DNA of 64,000 bases from Octopus sinensis. Its lineage: Eukaryota. The stretch is taken from the NCBI RefSeq assembly GCF_006345805.1, contig NC_043001.1:61752001-61816000 (forward strand). The letters run 5' to 3'. The translations under genes were made by a program, and so were the position numbers. Below the pieces are notes generated by a model that worked only from the letters and a program-made list of their open reading frames with translations, was not told where the DNA came from and did not search any database. Shown here piece after piece: positions 50,751 to 64,000 of the stretch; within the stretch, counting starts at the first letter, position 1, and each line of letters opens with the position of its first letter.

Positions 50751-51077
50751 CCTTATACCTCCTCGGCTTACGATTAAGTTCCGTTTGGACTGACAGGTCG
50801 TAAGTCGATCTGGTCGTACGTCGGATTTATATTTTTCAACACTATATTCCTTCAAACGAAACTGATGTTCGACAGCAACTGTGTTAGAGAGAGTAAAGGC
50901 AGTGGATGCGTTTCTGAGGGATATCTGTGTTGCCATATGCTGCCATAACTATCCTACGCGCAGCTGCCCAACGCTAGAAATCGATTTATTTATTTATTTA
51001 TTCATTTTCTTATTTTTTGTGGTCGTAATTGCGGATGGTCGTAAGTCGCATAGGTCGTTAGGCGAGGAGACGGTGTG
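50751..51077. mobile_element. Tigger/pogo-like MITE
   Basis: TA-flanked subterminal inverted repeat CTCCTCGGCTTACGA/TCGTTAGGCGAGGAG; internal GTCGTAAGTCG repeats. Confidence 0.6.
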
Positions 51078-51603
51078 TATATATATCTGATATATGCATT
51101 CAAATAATAATCGCATCACTGGCCTCAACTACCGTTTTTTATATACTTCATCGATATATGTATTAACATAAAAAGTAATGTTTATATTACTAAAAATTTA
51201 ATATGTGTGAAATATGAAATATTATTTTCACAAATTCTGTGCTTTTGTCTTTCTCATTTTATGTAGGAATAAATTAGTTATTCCTTTGTGCTTCTTGTAG
51301 ATACATGATTTAAGTATTTCTTCTAAATTCATAGCTCTTAATTTTTTTCCTTATTTAAATATACGTATCAAAAGAAAAGCACGGACATATATATCAATTC
51401 TTAAAGCCATCTATATATAATACATTACACTTAAAAATCTGGTTTTACTAGAACATATCTATTACGTGTTTGTACATATGTGTGCATGTCTTCGTGCATA
51501 TATTCATATACATGTACACACACACACACACACACACACAAAGCACATACACAAACACACACACAAACACGTATGTTTGTTATTTAATATATTTGTATAC
51601 ATA

Positions 51604-52215
51604 AGGCGGTGAGCAGGCAGAAACGCTAACACGCCGGGCGAAATGCTTAGCGGTATTTCGTCTGCCGCTACATTCTGAGTTCAAATTCCACCGAGGTCGA
51701 CTTTGCCTTTCATCCTTTCGGAGTCGATTAAATAAGTACCAGTTACGCACTGGAGTCGATGTAATCGACTTAATTCCTTTGTCTGTCCGTGTTTGTCCCT
51801 TCCGTGTTTAGCCCATTGTGGGTAGGAAAGAAATAGGTATTTCGTCTGCCGTTACGTTTTGAGTTCAAATTCCGTCGAGGTCGACTTCGCCTTTCATCCT
51901 TTCGGGGTCGATAAATTAAGTACCAGTTACGCACTGGGGTCGATGTAATCCCTTTGTCTGTCCTTGTTTGTCCCCTCTATGTTTAGCCCCTTGTGGGCAA
52001 TAAAGAAATAAGAAACGTTAGCACAACGAGCGAAATGTTTAGCGGTATTTCGATTGTCTTTACATTCTGAGTTCAAATTTTTTTGAGGTCGACTTTGCCT
52101 TTCATCCTTCCGGGGTCGATAAATTAAGTACCAGTTGCTACTGAGGTTGATCTAATCGACTAGCGCTCTCCCACAAAATTGTGGGCCTTGTGCCTAGAAT
52201 AGAAAAGAATATATT
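51604..52215 (+). mobile_element. Head-to-tail array of about 3 SINE units
   Basis: GGTATTTCG..TTCTGAGTTCAAATT..GAGGTCGACTT.GCCTTTCATCC repeated three times. Confidence 0.85.
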
Positions 52216-52458
52216 TATATACATAATTATATATATTAGGTTATCTAATTGTAGTCAGTCCGAACGTTTTTAAACTAAATTTTTAACGCTTCACTGAACA
52301 CCCCTGAAACGTAACACTATTAAAACCTTTCGCATTACTTGAAGCGGTAGTGCATGTCTTTTTTGTTCCTGACAATAAATAGATTTATCCTTCATTCCAG
52401 TTAGCCTTTACTGACATTTGAAATGGATAACCAAAATTTTCATATTTGCGTTGTAATG

Positions 52459-52508
<50 letters not shown>

Positions 52509-52509
<1 letters not shown>

Positions 52510-53576
52510 TGATCCAGATAGCAGCAAAACACGAGCAAAACAAAAAACTGTTCTCAGTATTTAAGGAAGCTGACAAATACAAACAAGAAATCATACCACC
52601 TAATAAACACAAAGAAGAAGAAGAAGAAGATGATGAAGAAACAACAAAAGCTATAAAACAAATGAAATCCAAACTAAAAATAGAACAGCAACGAGCCATG
52701 ATAAAACGATGGCAAGAAAAGCCCCTTCATGGTAAATACTGCACTAAACTAAACGCAAAAGAAATAGACAAAGAAAAATCCCAGCAATGGTTGAGAAGCT
52801 CAGGACTCAAAGCAGAAACAGAGGGATTTTTAATTGCAGCACAAGACCAAAGCCTCCCCACCAGAAATTACCAAAAACATGTAATGAAAAGAAATATTAC
52901 AAGTAACTGCAGAATATGTGGAGATGGACAAGAAACAATAAATCATATTATCTCTAGCTGCCCAGTCCTGGCTAAGAAGGAGTATATTCACAAACATGAC
53001 AGAGTTGGAACCTACATACATTGGAAGCTATGCCAACATTATGGAATAACAACAGAAAAAAGATGGTATAGGCACACACCAGAAAAGGTCACAGAAAACG
53101 AGAAAGCAACCATACTCTGGGATATGCCGATACACACAGATAGAGAAATTAAGGCCAACAGACCAGATATAGTTGTCAGAGATCATCATGAAGAAAAAAA
53201 TGCTTTTTAATTGATGTATCAATACCGGCAGATGACAACGTGTCTCTAAAAGAAATGGAGAAACTCTCAAAATACAAAGACCTGGAAATAGAGGTAACTA
53301 GAATGTGGAACCTGAAAACAGAAACAATTCCTATCATAGTAGGTGCATTAGGCATGATAAAAAAATATTCAGACAAATACATAACAAAAACACCAGGACT
53401 TACAAATACATATAACATACAGAAAATTGCACTACTAGGCACTGCACACATCCTACGCAGAACACTTTCCATACAATAACCATCAGAGCATCACAACAAA
53501 TCACAGCACATACCCAAGGCACACAGAGCTGCGCTCGGTAGTGAAGTGAAAGCACGCTATAAAAATAAAACTACCG
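52509..53576 (+). mobile_element. 5'-truncated R4/Dong-like LINE inserted in (AAT)n
   Basis: CRICGDGQETINHIISSC, RPDIVV, EKLSKYKDL, PIIVGALG (CCHC plus REL); one frameshift; (AAT)n at about 52455-52508 and 53577-53697. Confidence 0.92.
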
Positions 53577-53646
53577 AATAATAATAATAGTAATAATAAT
53601 AATAATGATAATAATAATAATACAAATAATAATAATAATAATAATA

Positions 53647-53681
<35 letters not shown>

Positions 53682-54130
53682 TTATAATAATAATAATTGG
53701 GGGTATAAACCTAAAATCAGTGAAATACATCTGAATAATGTACGCCATACAGTAAAATGTAAACAAATCAGCTACAGTTAATAGCAATATAAATAAGCAT
53801 TTTAAAACTACGATTCAGCATGCTATACCTTATAATCCCTCGGTATGTGTAATACTAGGTGATTATAAGGCAAGAATTCAATTCGATTTAAAAAGTAACG
53901 CTGTTACCTTCGATACCAACGCAGGAACTTGTTTCAATAGTTCACTTACAAAACGACATAAGTGATGAACCTTGATGAAATTGCAGCAACTAGGATGCAT
54001 AATTGCATACAGAGCAATGTGCAGTCAAAGCAATAGAACATATGGTGGTCATTGTTTTATACATGCTGTACAAAGTATTTTTATAAAGTTTTGGATGTGA
54101 ATAAATTTCCATCTCCTCTTGATTTTCAGT

Positions 54131-54186
<56 letters not shown>

Positions 54187-54208
54187 CGTGCGTGTGTGTG
54201 TGTGTGTG

Positions 54209-54239
<31 letters not shown>

Positions 54240-54299
54240 CGTTGATAAATTTGTGTTGCAAGATTCCACATGTGAAACCGAGTGTTGAAACACTTATTG

Positions 54300-54663
54300 G
54301 TGCATTTCGGGATGGTAATTTCTTTTTTTGCCTAATAAACACACGCACTGTATATTCGTTCTTCCCTCGTTTATTATTGCTCTAATCCGAACTCATGTCC
54401 ATTATCCGGAACTCTTTCGTCACACATCTGTGAACTCTTCAGCGACACTTTCCGTTTAGTCCACTATCTGTTCTCCAGAATGGACTAAACGGAGCAAGAG
54501 TAAACACGAAGACGGAAGGTGTTGTTGAAGAGGTCACAGATGTGTGACGAAAGATTTCCGGCTAATGGACATGAGTTAGAAGTAATAAATGAGTGAAGAA
54601 TGAATGTATAGTGCGTGTGTTTATTTGGCAAACAAAAAGAACGACTATCCCGAGATACAATGA
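54300..54663. repeat. Fold-back with two outward-facing HHR-like motifs
   Basis: Inverted arms; (C/T)TGAAGA-G-GTCAC agatgt GTGAC-GAAA on each outward strand; helices I and III imperfect. Confidence 0.7.
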
Positions 54664-54684
54664 TATATATATATATGTGTGTGT

Positions 54685-54722
<38 letters not shown>

Positions 54723-55279
54723 TGTGTGTGTGTGTAAAGAGAGAGAGAGAGATAAAGAGAGTAATATATACATACATAATATTTATATAAATACTAGCAG
54801 AGGCACCCGGTGTTGACCGGGAATGAAATTGTTCCTTATATATTGAAAGAAAAAGCAAAATATGTTGTATAGAAATTTGTAATCTGGGAATGCGTACAAT
54901 GAGCTTCTTTGCCCTAGCTTCTTTGCTCGGCGAGAAACGGAAGAAAATTTGAAGAAAGAAGAAAAGAAGTAAAAGAAAAAGAAAAATAATATTAAGAAGA
55001 AGAGAAGAAGAAGATACCGGAGACGCTTAACAGAAGACATCGGGGGCGTTTAACAGAAGACACCGGGGACGTTTAACATGTGAGAGCGATAAAACAATGC
55101 TCCGAAATCTATCCACAATCATCGGAACTAAAGACATCGCATGGAGTCAAAAAATAGCTGACAAAGGATTGGACTATATCCGAGTAAGTAATACTCATTG
55201 AAATTTATAACTATTTTCCAAATGAAATTATGTATTTTAACTGGATATCATTCCCACCCCTCGCACAGCACATGTAAAC

Positions 55280-57905
55280 ATGCTTGATATATTACGATCC
55301 ATCAACACCAGACCATCTCCGGCCCCAAATACCATGTACAAAAATAATTACAAATAAATTAAATAACACCGGTATTATTCAACCCAAGAATAACAACCGG
55401 GAAGTGCACGAAAAACTACACGTGCGAACCAATGTGACAACAGAAATGAACGGACTGGTACCCTACGAAAATGATGACCGTCAACATAAAGAGCCGGACG
55501 TTGTTCCTCATGTCCCGCAAATAAAACCAAAAAGGCATAAATGGACACGTGAGGAATATATTTCAATCCTACATGCTCTACCCAAAGAACGAAAGCACAA
55601 CATATACATATAAAATAAGGAAGAAAAATAACCTAAATAAAAACTTGGATGCAGCAATGAACCCTAACAAACTAGCTAATATCCGAAGATATATTCTCAA
55701 CGCAAAAAAATCTCAGAAATAGAAATAGAACATTTAAAAGAAAAATACATCAGGAAAATGTAGATAGAAGCCATACAATAATGCTAAATAATATAAACAC
55801 TGAGGTAGTAAAACACGAAGACAAACGTAACATTTCCAACAAAAAACAACAAATCCAGACCGTAGGAATGCATAATAATGTACAAAATGCACCAAACCAA
55901 AACACCACAGACAAACACACAAATGAGAAAGAAAACGAAACAAATCTAAAATCTGGAAACAACGAAGGGGAACCTAATGATTATGATACTACAAAAACTA
56001 AAATAATCAAAGAACTGAAAACCACAGATCTCAAGATATCACTAAGCTAAATGACTTAGTATACGCAGCAGCCACTGCAGCCACAAAAGAAGCTGGATAC
56101 TCACTCAAACCCATCCAAACAGAAGTACTACCACCCAAACAAACCTGTGGATAAATAACATAAATAAAAAATGCAAAAATGAGAAAAGATCTGTCGATTC
56201 TTAACGAAATTAGTAGACAATCAACGCTACTGAGTAACAAGAAGAAAACAAAAATACTGTGCAAATACATCACAGAAAACGATTTACCTGAGATAAAAGA
56301 AAAGCTAAAGCAAGATATCCTTGCCAAAGCGCAAAGGATCCGCCGCTATGAGAAACGCTAACGTTTCTTTGAACAAAACAAATAGTTCAACTCCAACCCC
56401 AAAATGTTCTACCAAGAACTTGGCAAAAATGAAATAGACATCACTGCAGCACCAACGGCAGAAGTGGAGGAATTTTGGAAAGAAATATGGTCGGCGAATG
56501 AACAACTTCAGAAAAGGACTATTAAAAAAAAAAACTTAGCACCTGAGCAACTCTGGACCCCATAACAACTGAAGAGGTCACCCAGGCACTGCAAAGACTA
56601 AGCAACTGGAAGGCACCTGGGCACAAGATCCCCAACTTCCAGTTGAAATATCTGACAGGAATGGACAAAAATCTGGCTGAAAACTTTAACGACGTACTAT
56701 CAGAGCCAGAGACAATGCTTGAATGTCTCACGAAAGGGAAAACCATCCTAATTCCCAAATCCAATGAAACGGCAAAACCAGAAAACTACAGACCTGTTTC
56801 CCTACAATGTACAAAGCCTTTATTGCTGTAATATCGCAAAGATTAAACAAGCATCTGAAAGAAAACAACCTGTTTCCATAAGAGCAGAAAGGATGCTGCA
56901 AGGGCTCATATGGCTGTAAAGATCAACTAATGATCAATAAAGCCATAACTGAAGACAGCCGCAGAAAGAAGAAAGGCATCAGTATGGCCTGGATCGACTA
57001 CCGAAAGGCGTTTGATAGCATTCCCCACACATGGATCCTCGAAACACTAGCCATTAACAAGATAGCAGAAACAATTATAAAATACATAAGACACTATGAA
57101 TAAATGGCAGACAGTGCTACAGCTCCAAACAAAAGAGGGACTCGTGAAAACCAAAGACATCCCCATTAGAAGAGGAATATTCCAGGGAGACACGCTCTCT
57201 CCACTCCTTTTCTGCTTGGCACTGTCACCTCTATCTGATATGCTAAATAAAACTGGATGCGGATACAAATGTTACGGCAAAACGATCAGCCATATTTTAT
57301 ATATGGATGACCTAAAACTATGCGCTACAAATGACAAACAGCTGGAAACACTACTACAGACAGTTTATGGATTTACCAAAGAAATAGATATGAAATTTGG
57401 ATTAGAAAAGTGCGCCAAGTAACCCTGAAAAGAGGGAAACATCACACTAGATAAAGCCAATGAAATAAGAGAATTATACCAAAGCCAAACTTACATATAT
57501 TTAGGAATCCATGGACCACACACAAATAAAAGAGAAAATAAAGAAAGAATACTATAAACGAGTTAGATCAATACTAAAAACAGAGCTCAATCCTAAAAAC
57601 AAGATAATAGGTATTAACACTTTAGCCGTCCCAGTTATAAGCTACAGCTAAAAATATCCTTAACTGGACACTAAATGAACTAACCAAAATAGACAGGAAA
57701 ACAAGAAAAATAATGACAGGATCTAGGATGCATCACCCAAAATCTGACATAGAAAGGCTATATATACAACGTATAGAAGATGTTAGAGACCTTATACAGC
57801 TGGAAAACTATATAATAACCACAATAGGACTGCAAAAGTATCAACTTCAGTAGTAAGAAAAACTGATACAAATAGCGGTAAAACACGAGCAAAACAAAAA
57901 CTGTG
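55280..57905 (+). mobile_element. Decayed R4/Dong-like LINE (N-terminus to RT), 3'-truncated
   Basis: RHKWTREEY; SMAWIDYRKAFDSIPH; GIFQGDTLSPLLF; HILYMDDLKL; many stops. Confidence 0.9.
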
Positions 57906-58022
57906 TACAGCGAGAAATGGAAGAATATTTGAAGAAAGAAAAAAATAATAATAATAAACGAAAATACAAAATTTACCACTTTTAGGAAAGGAGATAAATT
58001 CTATCACATATGTTGAAGGAAA

Positions 58023-60260
58023 TTATGTAAGAGTTTCTGAGTAAACAACGTTGTTTGTTTTCTGGTTTGGAGCAGAGACAAATAAGTCTTGTAAGCTACC
58101 ATCCCTGGAGCAACCAACATGAAGTTGACCATGTGAAAAGCAAGGCTCAATTAAGTGCAAGGTAGTAGATTTCAAAGTCTGACCTTGACCTTTATTCATA
58201 GACAATTCCGAAGCAAAATCACACGGGGAATTGTGTTCGTTTGAACTCAAACGGCATGTTTGTTGGTTTGATTGAAATTCTTGGAATGAAGACCTCTTCT
58301 CCACAGGTACATCCAGTGATAATGGTAGCTTCTATCACATTAGGTGATAACATATTCACAATCAACCGTGTCCCACTGCATAATTTAGAAGAATCTAAAT
58401 TTCTTAGAAGCATTATTAGGACTCGTACCTTCAGAAAAAGTTTGTCTGGGGGAGTTCTAGGTGGCTTAAGAGAATTAAGGACTGAATCAACCGATTTATA
58501 CTCCCTAGTGACTGCTGGAATCTTATTCATTAATTCATGGTTAATCCTTACCCTTTCACACAGCAGTTTATGTGAATTACAATTATTACGTAAATCTGGA
58601 AATACCCTGTTCTTCAATTCAGCTGGGGAATGATAATAATATGAGCCAAATTGATATCACCCCCACCCCATCAAATGGTACTTTCCCATTTCCTAGTTAG
58701 AGGAGCCAAGATTAAAACTGTTCTGCACATTGGTAGTCATGTAATAAAGCTCGTGCGTTAGCATTGAAGGAGATATTCTGTACTTTATTCCATAGGTGTG
58801 AAGGCTTAATGCATGATTTTATTTCATCAGATCTTGTTCGTCTCGGAATGAGTGGATATGTCTGTCTGAAATCTCGTGATAAAACTAATGTAACTCCTCT
58901 TATAAGTTTACTGTTGCCTCTTTTGTCCTGCAAGGTATTATCAAGGGCTTCCATTTCACCTCTATGTGACATGGTGCATTCATCCCAAATAATCAGTGGC
59001 ATCGTCGCAACACTTCTGCTGAATCTGAACCATTGCTTATTTTACAAATTGGACTGTCATTTGTGACTAGGTTCAGCTGTAATTTAAAAGCAGAATAAGC
59101 AGTTCGTCCTCCTGGGATAATAGTGGCAACAAAGCCAGACGATGCTACAGCAATTGCAATTCTTTTTTATTGGAGACTAGTAATATTGTTACAAATGTTT
59201 TACCTGTACCACCAGGAGCATCAAGGAAGAAAATTCCTCCTTTTTCTCTGACTGATGAAATAATTTTATCATACGCATAGCGTTGTTCTGGATGACGTTT
59301 AGGATCATGCTCATTCACAAATGCAACCAAGTCTGTGATGTCATAATTTGTCTCTCTTGTTATGTCTCTTGATGTTAAATCACTAATTTGAAAGTTTGGC
59401 ATTCCAGAGCTAGACTCTTGCAAATTTTTGCTACCTATCGCCAAAACTTGATCCTCAGTTTCAGTCAGTGCTTGGTTAAGAATTGTTTCAGTGAACTGAA
59501 TATCGATATCTGGTTTTGCCTGTTGAACTGCATATTGTAAGGCCTCCGCCACGTCTTCTCGCTGTATCATCCAAAGCTGTAGGGGACTGCCAAGTTGACA
59601 CATGTTCAATATAATTGCAAAAAGGTTACGGAGTTTCCTTGGAGAATCTGATATTAATGCTTCAGTCAATGCAATGTCCCAATGCTCATAATTTTCTAAA
59701 AACCCTTGTTGATAGCTTGCTTACGTATAAGTTTCACACACATGACTATTTACCCTCCTCGAATCTTAGAATGATTTGGGACCACGTACTTCATGCAAAA
59801 GGAGCCGTAAGTAGTAACATTCTGCTTGACTTGGGTGGACACTGTAAACTCTTGCAAGTAAACTCAGCCCACGTTTCCTCTTGTGGAATTTATTGTTTCT
59901 CCAGTATAATACTTGGGTAATTGTGAGTAAAGGAGTTTTTTTGCATCTTCATCTACTTGCCATCTACTTCATCAACTTAAAAAAAGGCTGCAAGAGGGGC
60001 TGTCATGAATGAGAAAAATTGAAGATACACCAAAAAGCTTGTTGGTACTGATGCATCTTCCTCTATCATACTGTTCAACTTCGTTATTTTTATTTATCTG
60101 CTGACTGCCATTCTGCATAAGAGTATATGTTGCAGCATCTATTACTTTGTTTATATATTTGCAAACATACTTAATAGAGTTAACAGAGTTGCAGAACTCA
60201 TCATTGAATCTGGCTACCTGTTCTCGTCTTTGCTTCACTGTAGGATACTGATCGTCTACA
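58023..60260 (-). pseudogene. Helitron Rep/Pif1-helicase remnant
   Basis: SIKYVCKYINK (Rep); FLDAPGGTGKT (Walker A); IIWDECTM (Walker B); DFRQT; LLRNL..LCSGTRL; FKRTQFPV; FSHGQL. Confidence 0.93.
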
Positions 60261-62067
60261 TCTACCCCTTCGCTTGTAGAGAGTCAGCACATTGTTCTCG
60301 GAAACTATTTTGAAAATTAAAATGAGGATTAAATGAAAAAATGAGTGACGTGATTGAATATCTTCACAAAAGTGATTGAAATAAATGTTGATGGTAGAAC
60401 GCCGTACGCACGCACGAATATTTGTACACACACGCACGCATGCATACTTACACACACACACATACAGTATCAAACAGCAGATGAAACGAACTGAGAGAGT
60501 GAAGGGTGTGTTGTCATGTATACGTAGATACATAAATAAGCATAAATCCTTTTTATATGTATGTGTGCGTGTGTGAGAGAGAGAGGGTGAGTGCCACATA
60601 GACATCGCTCTTTCTCTCTCACACACACATGCACACATACATACCAAAAATATGTATGCATATGTATTTATGTATTTACGTATACATGACAGCACACACT
60701 TCACTCACTCTCTCTCTTTCTCACACACACTCACACACACACAAACATACTCTCATTCATAAACGTATACACACGTACATACAGAAACACACATGTGCGT
60801 ATGTGACTAACTACAAATATATAAAGCTGCACAAGGCGCGCAAAAGGTAAATAAATAAAACCCTTCTTTGGACGGCCCATGTTGAATTGTTAAATTACAA
60901 TGTGATATTTGTGTAATAACGAAATCAATCCTGATGTGTATGTGTGTTTATATTAGAGAGGCAGTGTGTGTGTACGTGTGTATGTGTGTGTGTGAGGGAG
61001 AGGGGGAGAGAGAACATTCCAAACAATGAATGAAATAAACATGAAATGAAAAAATCGTATAAATAAAAGCTCGTTAAAAACTTTCTCATACCGAATATTG
61101 AAATTTGTGAACATAGTAAATATTTTTTTCAGTAATTTATCGTAGTTATTTGCAAATAGCGAATTAAAATTTGAAATGAATACATTAAAATAGGGAGTGA
61201 GAGATTTTGCAAATGAAAATGGAAAATTTCGCCGTTGAATTTGAGAAACCTTTTTGAAGAAGTGAATCATATAAATAAAGCAATATTATTTATCTTTACT
61301 AAAAAAAAATAAACCGAAGACGCTATTATGTATCCGATGTCAAATTATTCATGCATCTCATGCATGGAAGCAATTCGCGCAGCCGTTTTAGCGTGAAAAG
61401 CGAATACACACACAGGTTGAGGAATGACCGAAAATATCCAGTCGCAAATACAAGCGGCCGAAATGGGATCTCTGGAGTAACGTTACCTGACAGGGTGCAT
61501 AAATCCAAGAGCAGGGTATCAATCCTAGTCTAGTCGTTATTTCTGATAATACTATACAGTGGAGGTGTAGAAGATTCTACCTGCTCTGTTAAGAACAGTG
61601 GGCGGAGAAAATGGATAGGTGGACGAATATGTCTGTATATACATATATATACACAAAAATATAGATAGAATTGTATACGTACATACAAAAATATGCATAG
61701 AATTGTCACTCATCACCGCTTCTCGATTCATTGCAGAAAACGCACATATTTGTTTGTTTAAAAAACAACACTATGAAAGTATAGTTCTTAATCTAACGGG
61801 AATAAGTAGGTGTGTACATGGGTGTATGATAAACACATCTATAGCGAATATAACAGGTGTGGGTTCACGTCCCATGCGTACGGAAAACCCATATTTTTCC
61901 GTCGCGGGCTTATATTCCCCAATATTAGACTCTTTTCTTTAGTCAATACAGAGTGATCGTTTATAAGATTTAAGCTTATAAAATATTATTTACAGTATAC
62001 ACATATATATACGTGTGTGTGTTTACACACACATACATACACATATATGCATATATTTGTGTGTGTG

Positions 62068-62103
<36 letters not shown>

Positions 62104-62756
62104 TATATAGATATATATATATATAATATATATATATATATATAATATATATATATATATATGTATGTATATACGCATGCAGAAGTTGTGTACCTGTCTA
62201 TGTCTAAACACTTTTAATGAAGTACAATTTTTTTTTTGTACATCAAGTATAAAACCCATTTCGTTTGTTATTTCAATTCTACGAATGAAAATGGAATCGT
62301 ATTACAAATTTATTTTGTTGGTGCTTTTAGTGTATTTATTTTGTTTTTAAAGATGTTATTATTCATTATTTTTTATGTCGAAATCATGTTGAAATATCTT
62401 ACCACGTTAAGCAATCTACAATACAGTTTTCAAATATATGTGAATCAGTTCTGTCAAAAAAAATATTCAGCTACCTGTCTTTATATAATAATTGTTCACT
62501 GGTGCATCTTACAGAACACATGAAAACCTTCCATTAGCACGGAAGTCATTTTAATCTGGAAAGCAAATCTAACACAACACATGCGAATAGATATAGGCAC
62601 GCGCGTGTACCTCAGCATTTTCTATACGTCTACGAGTAATATAAATTGTATATGAATTATATAGATATATATAAATCTCATATGCCTATATATTAATATT
62701 TGAATACATAATATATAACATAATTTTATACACATATTTCAGTATATATATATAGA

Positions 62757-62772
62757 CAGATAGATAGACAGG

Positions 62773-62822
<50 letters not shown>
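62757..62822. repeat. (GATA)n microsatellite
   Basis: Direct reading. Confidence 0.97.
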
Positions 62823-62863
<41 letters not shown>

Positions 62864-62954
62864 ACTTACGTGGAAATGGGTGCGTGGCATTCAATCGTGC
62901 AATAATATAAATAAAATGTGTGTATAGGCATATATAGATACATATGCACATACT

Positions 62955-63118
<164 letters not shown>

Positions 63119-63119
63119 G

Positions 63120-64000
63120 AGGGTAAGTGAAATACTGAATGAGCAATTCAAGAGTGTTTCCACTCCACCCCTTGGGCATTTCCAAATCACCAATCCAACT
63201 GACTTCTTTACCACTGCAGATATAAAATCAGAGGCGGCGACGATAGATTACATCGAAATAAAGGAAGACGATGTAATAAAGGCTATAGATGAAATTAAAA
63301 CAGACTCAGCTACTGGCCCCGATGGATTCCCGGCAATCCTCCTAAAAGTATGTAAGAGAGTCCTAGCAAGACCACTGCAGTTCCTCTTTCAGAGCTTCCT
63401 TGCAGCTGGCAAACTTCCAAGAAAACTGAAGGAAGGTAAAATATGCCCTATTCATAAAGGAGGTAGCAGAGCGGAGGCCAAGAACTACAGACCTATCTCT
63501 CTCACCTCACACATCAGCAAGGCCATGGAACGAATAGTCAGAAGGAAACTGATCACCTTCCTTGAAGAAAATGACTTGCTGCCCGACACCCAACATGGTT
63601 TCCGACCAGGGAGAAGCTGTTTAACTCAGCTCCTACAACACTATGACTGGGTGCTGAAACGACTGCTCAACCACTCAAATGTGGAAGTGATATATCTCGA
63701 CTTTGCAAAGGCCTTTGATAAAGTCGATCATGGAATGATATGTCACAAACTGCGTGATCTCAACATAGTTGGAAAACTGGGAGAATGGCTTCATGACTTT
63801 CTGAAAGATAGAAATCAGGTGGTAGTAGCCAATGGGGCCACTTCCATTAACACGCAAATAGTGAGCGGTGTTCCACAGGGCACTGTTTTGGGACCACTAC
63901 TGTTCATAATGGCCCTCTCAGACATGCCCTCAGCCACGCAGAGAGCCACGATCACAAGTTATGCAGATGATACAAAAGTTTCACAGGCAATACAGAACCC
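63120..64000 (+). CDS. CR1-like LINE RT; frame open to the window end; 5'-truncated at (TA)n
   Basis: No stop seen by manual translation: GPDG, NYRPISLTS, QHGFRPGRSC, YLDFAKAFDKV, GVPQGTVLGPLLF, YADD. Absent from the ORF track because it has no stop in the window. Confidence 0.9.

Larger units (their letters stand above)
54794..62760 (-). mobile_element. Helitron deletion derivative with a nested LINE; 5' end uncertain
   Basis: 3' end: hairpin CCCGGT/ACCGGG (54806-54821) and CTAG 54794-54797 followed by T on the minus strand; RepHel remnants at 58023-60260; candidate A|TC start at 62760. Confidence 0.6.

Noticed and set aside
175-59260. Other CTGANGA hits (175, 478, 17741, 21677, 23281, 35770, 56569, 56950, 59251)
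   Set aside because: They lie inside transposon coding sequence with no correctly placed GAAA or helices.

Overview
AT-rich animal DNA made almost entirely of repeats. The SINE and microsatellite content suggests an octopus or other coleoid cephalopod; this is inferred, not searched. No intact host gene, rRNA, tRNA gene or CRISPR array is supported, and most tracked ORFs are microsatellite or antisense artefacts. The window holds nested, mostly decayed transposons: two Tx1-clade LINEs, four R4/Dong-like LINE pieces, RTE and CR1-like LINE pieces, several Penelope-like elements (PLEs, one about 8.7 kb), two Helitrons, two mariners, a Tc1, a hAT, a Chapaev3-like transposon, MITEs and tRNA-derived SINEs. 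The main signal not shown by the ORF track is at least 12 near-intact and about 9 degenerate minimal type-I hammerhead ribozyme (HHR) motifs on both strands, with compensatory helix-I changes between homologs. They sit in PLE pseudo-LTRs (pLTRs), in non-coding ~430-470 nt terminally redundant units resembling retrozymes, and in fold-back mini-elements ending at (TA)n. Both Tx1 LINEs end just upstream of a same-sense HHR, and one has a 16-bp TSD showing it inserted into a 146-bp HHR hairpin element. A ~1.94 kb near-perfect (TA)n-centred palindrome duplicates a Tx1 3' end plus its HHR. All motifs were read by eye; no folding, alignment or database search was run.
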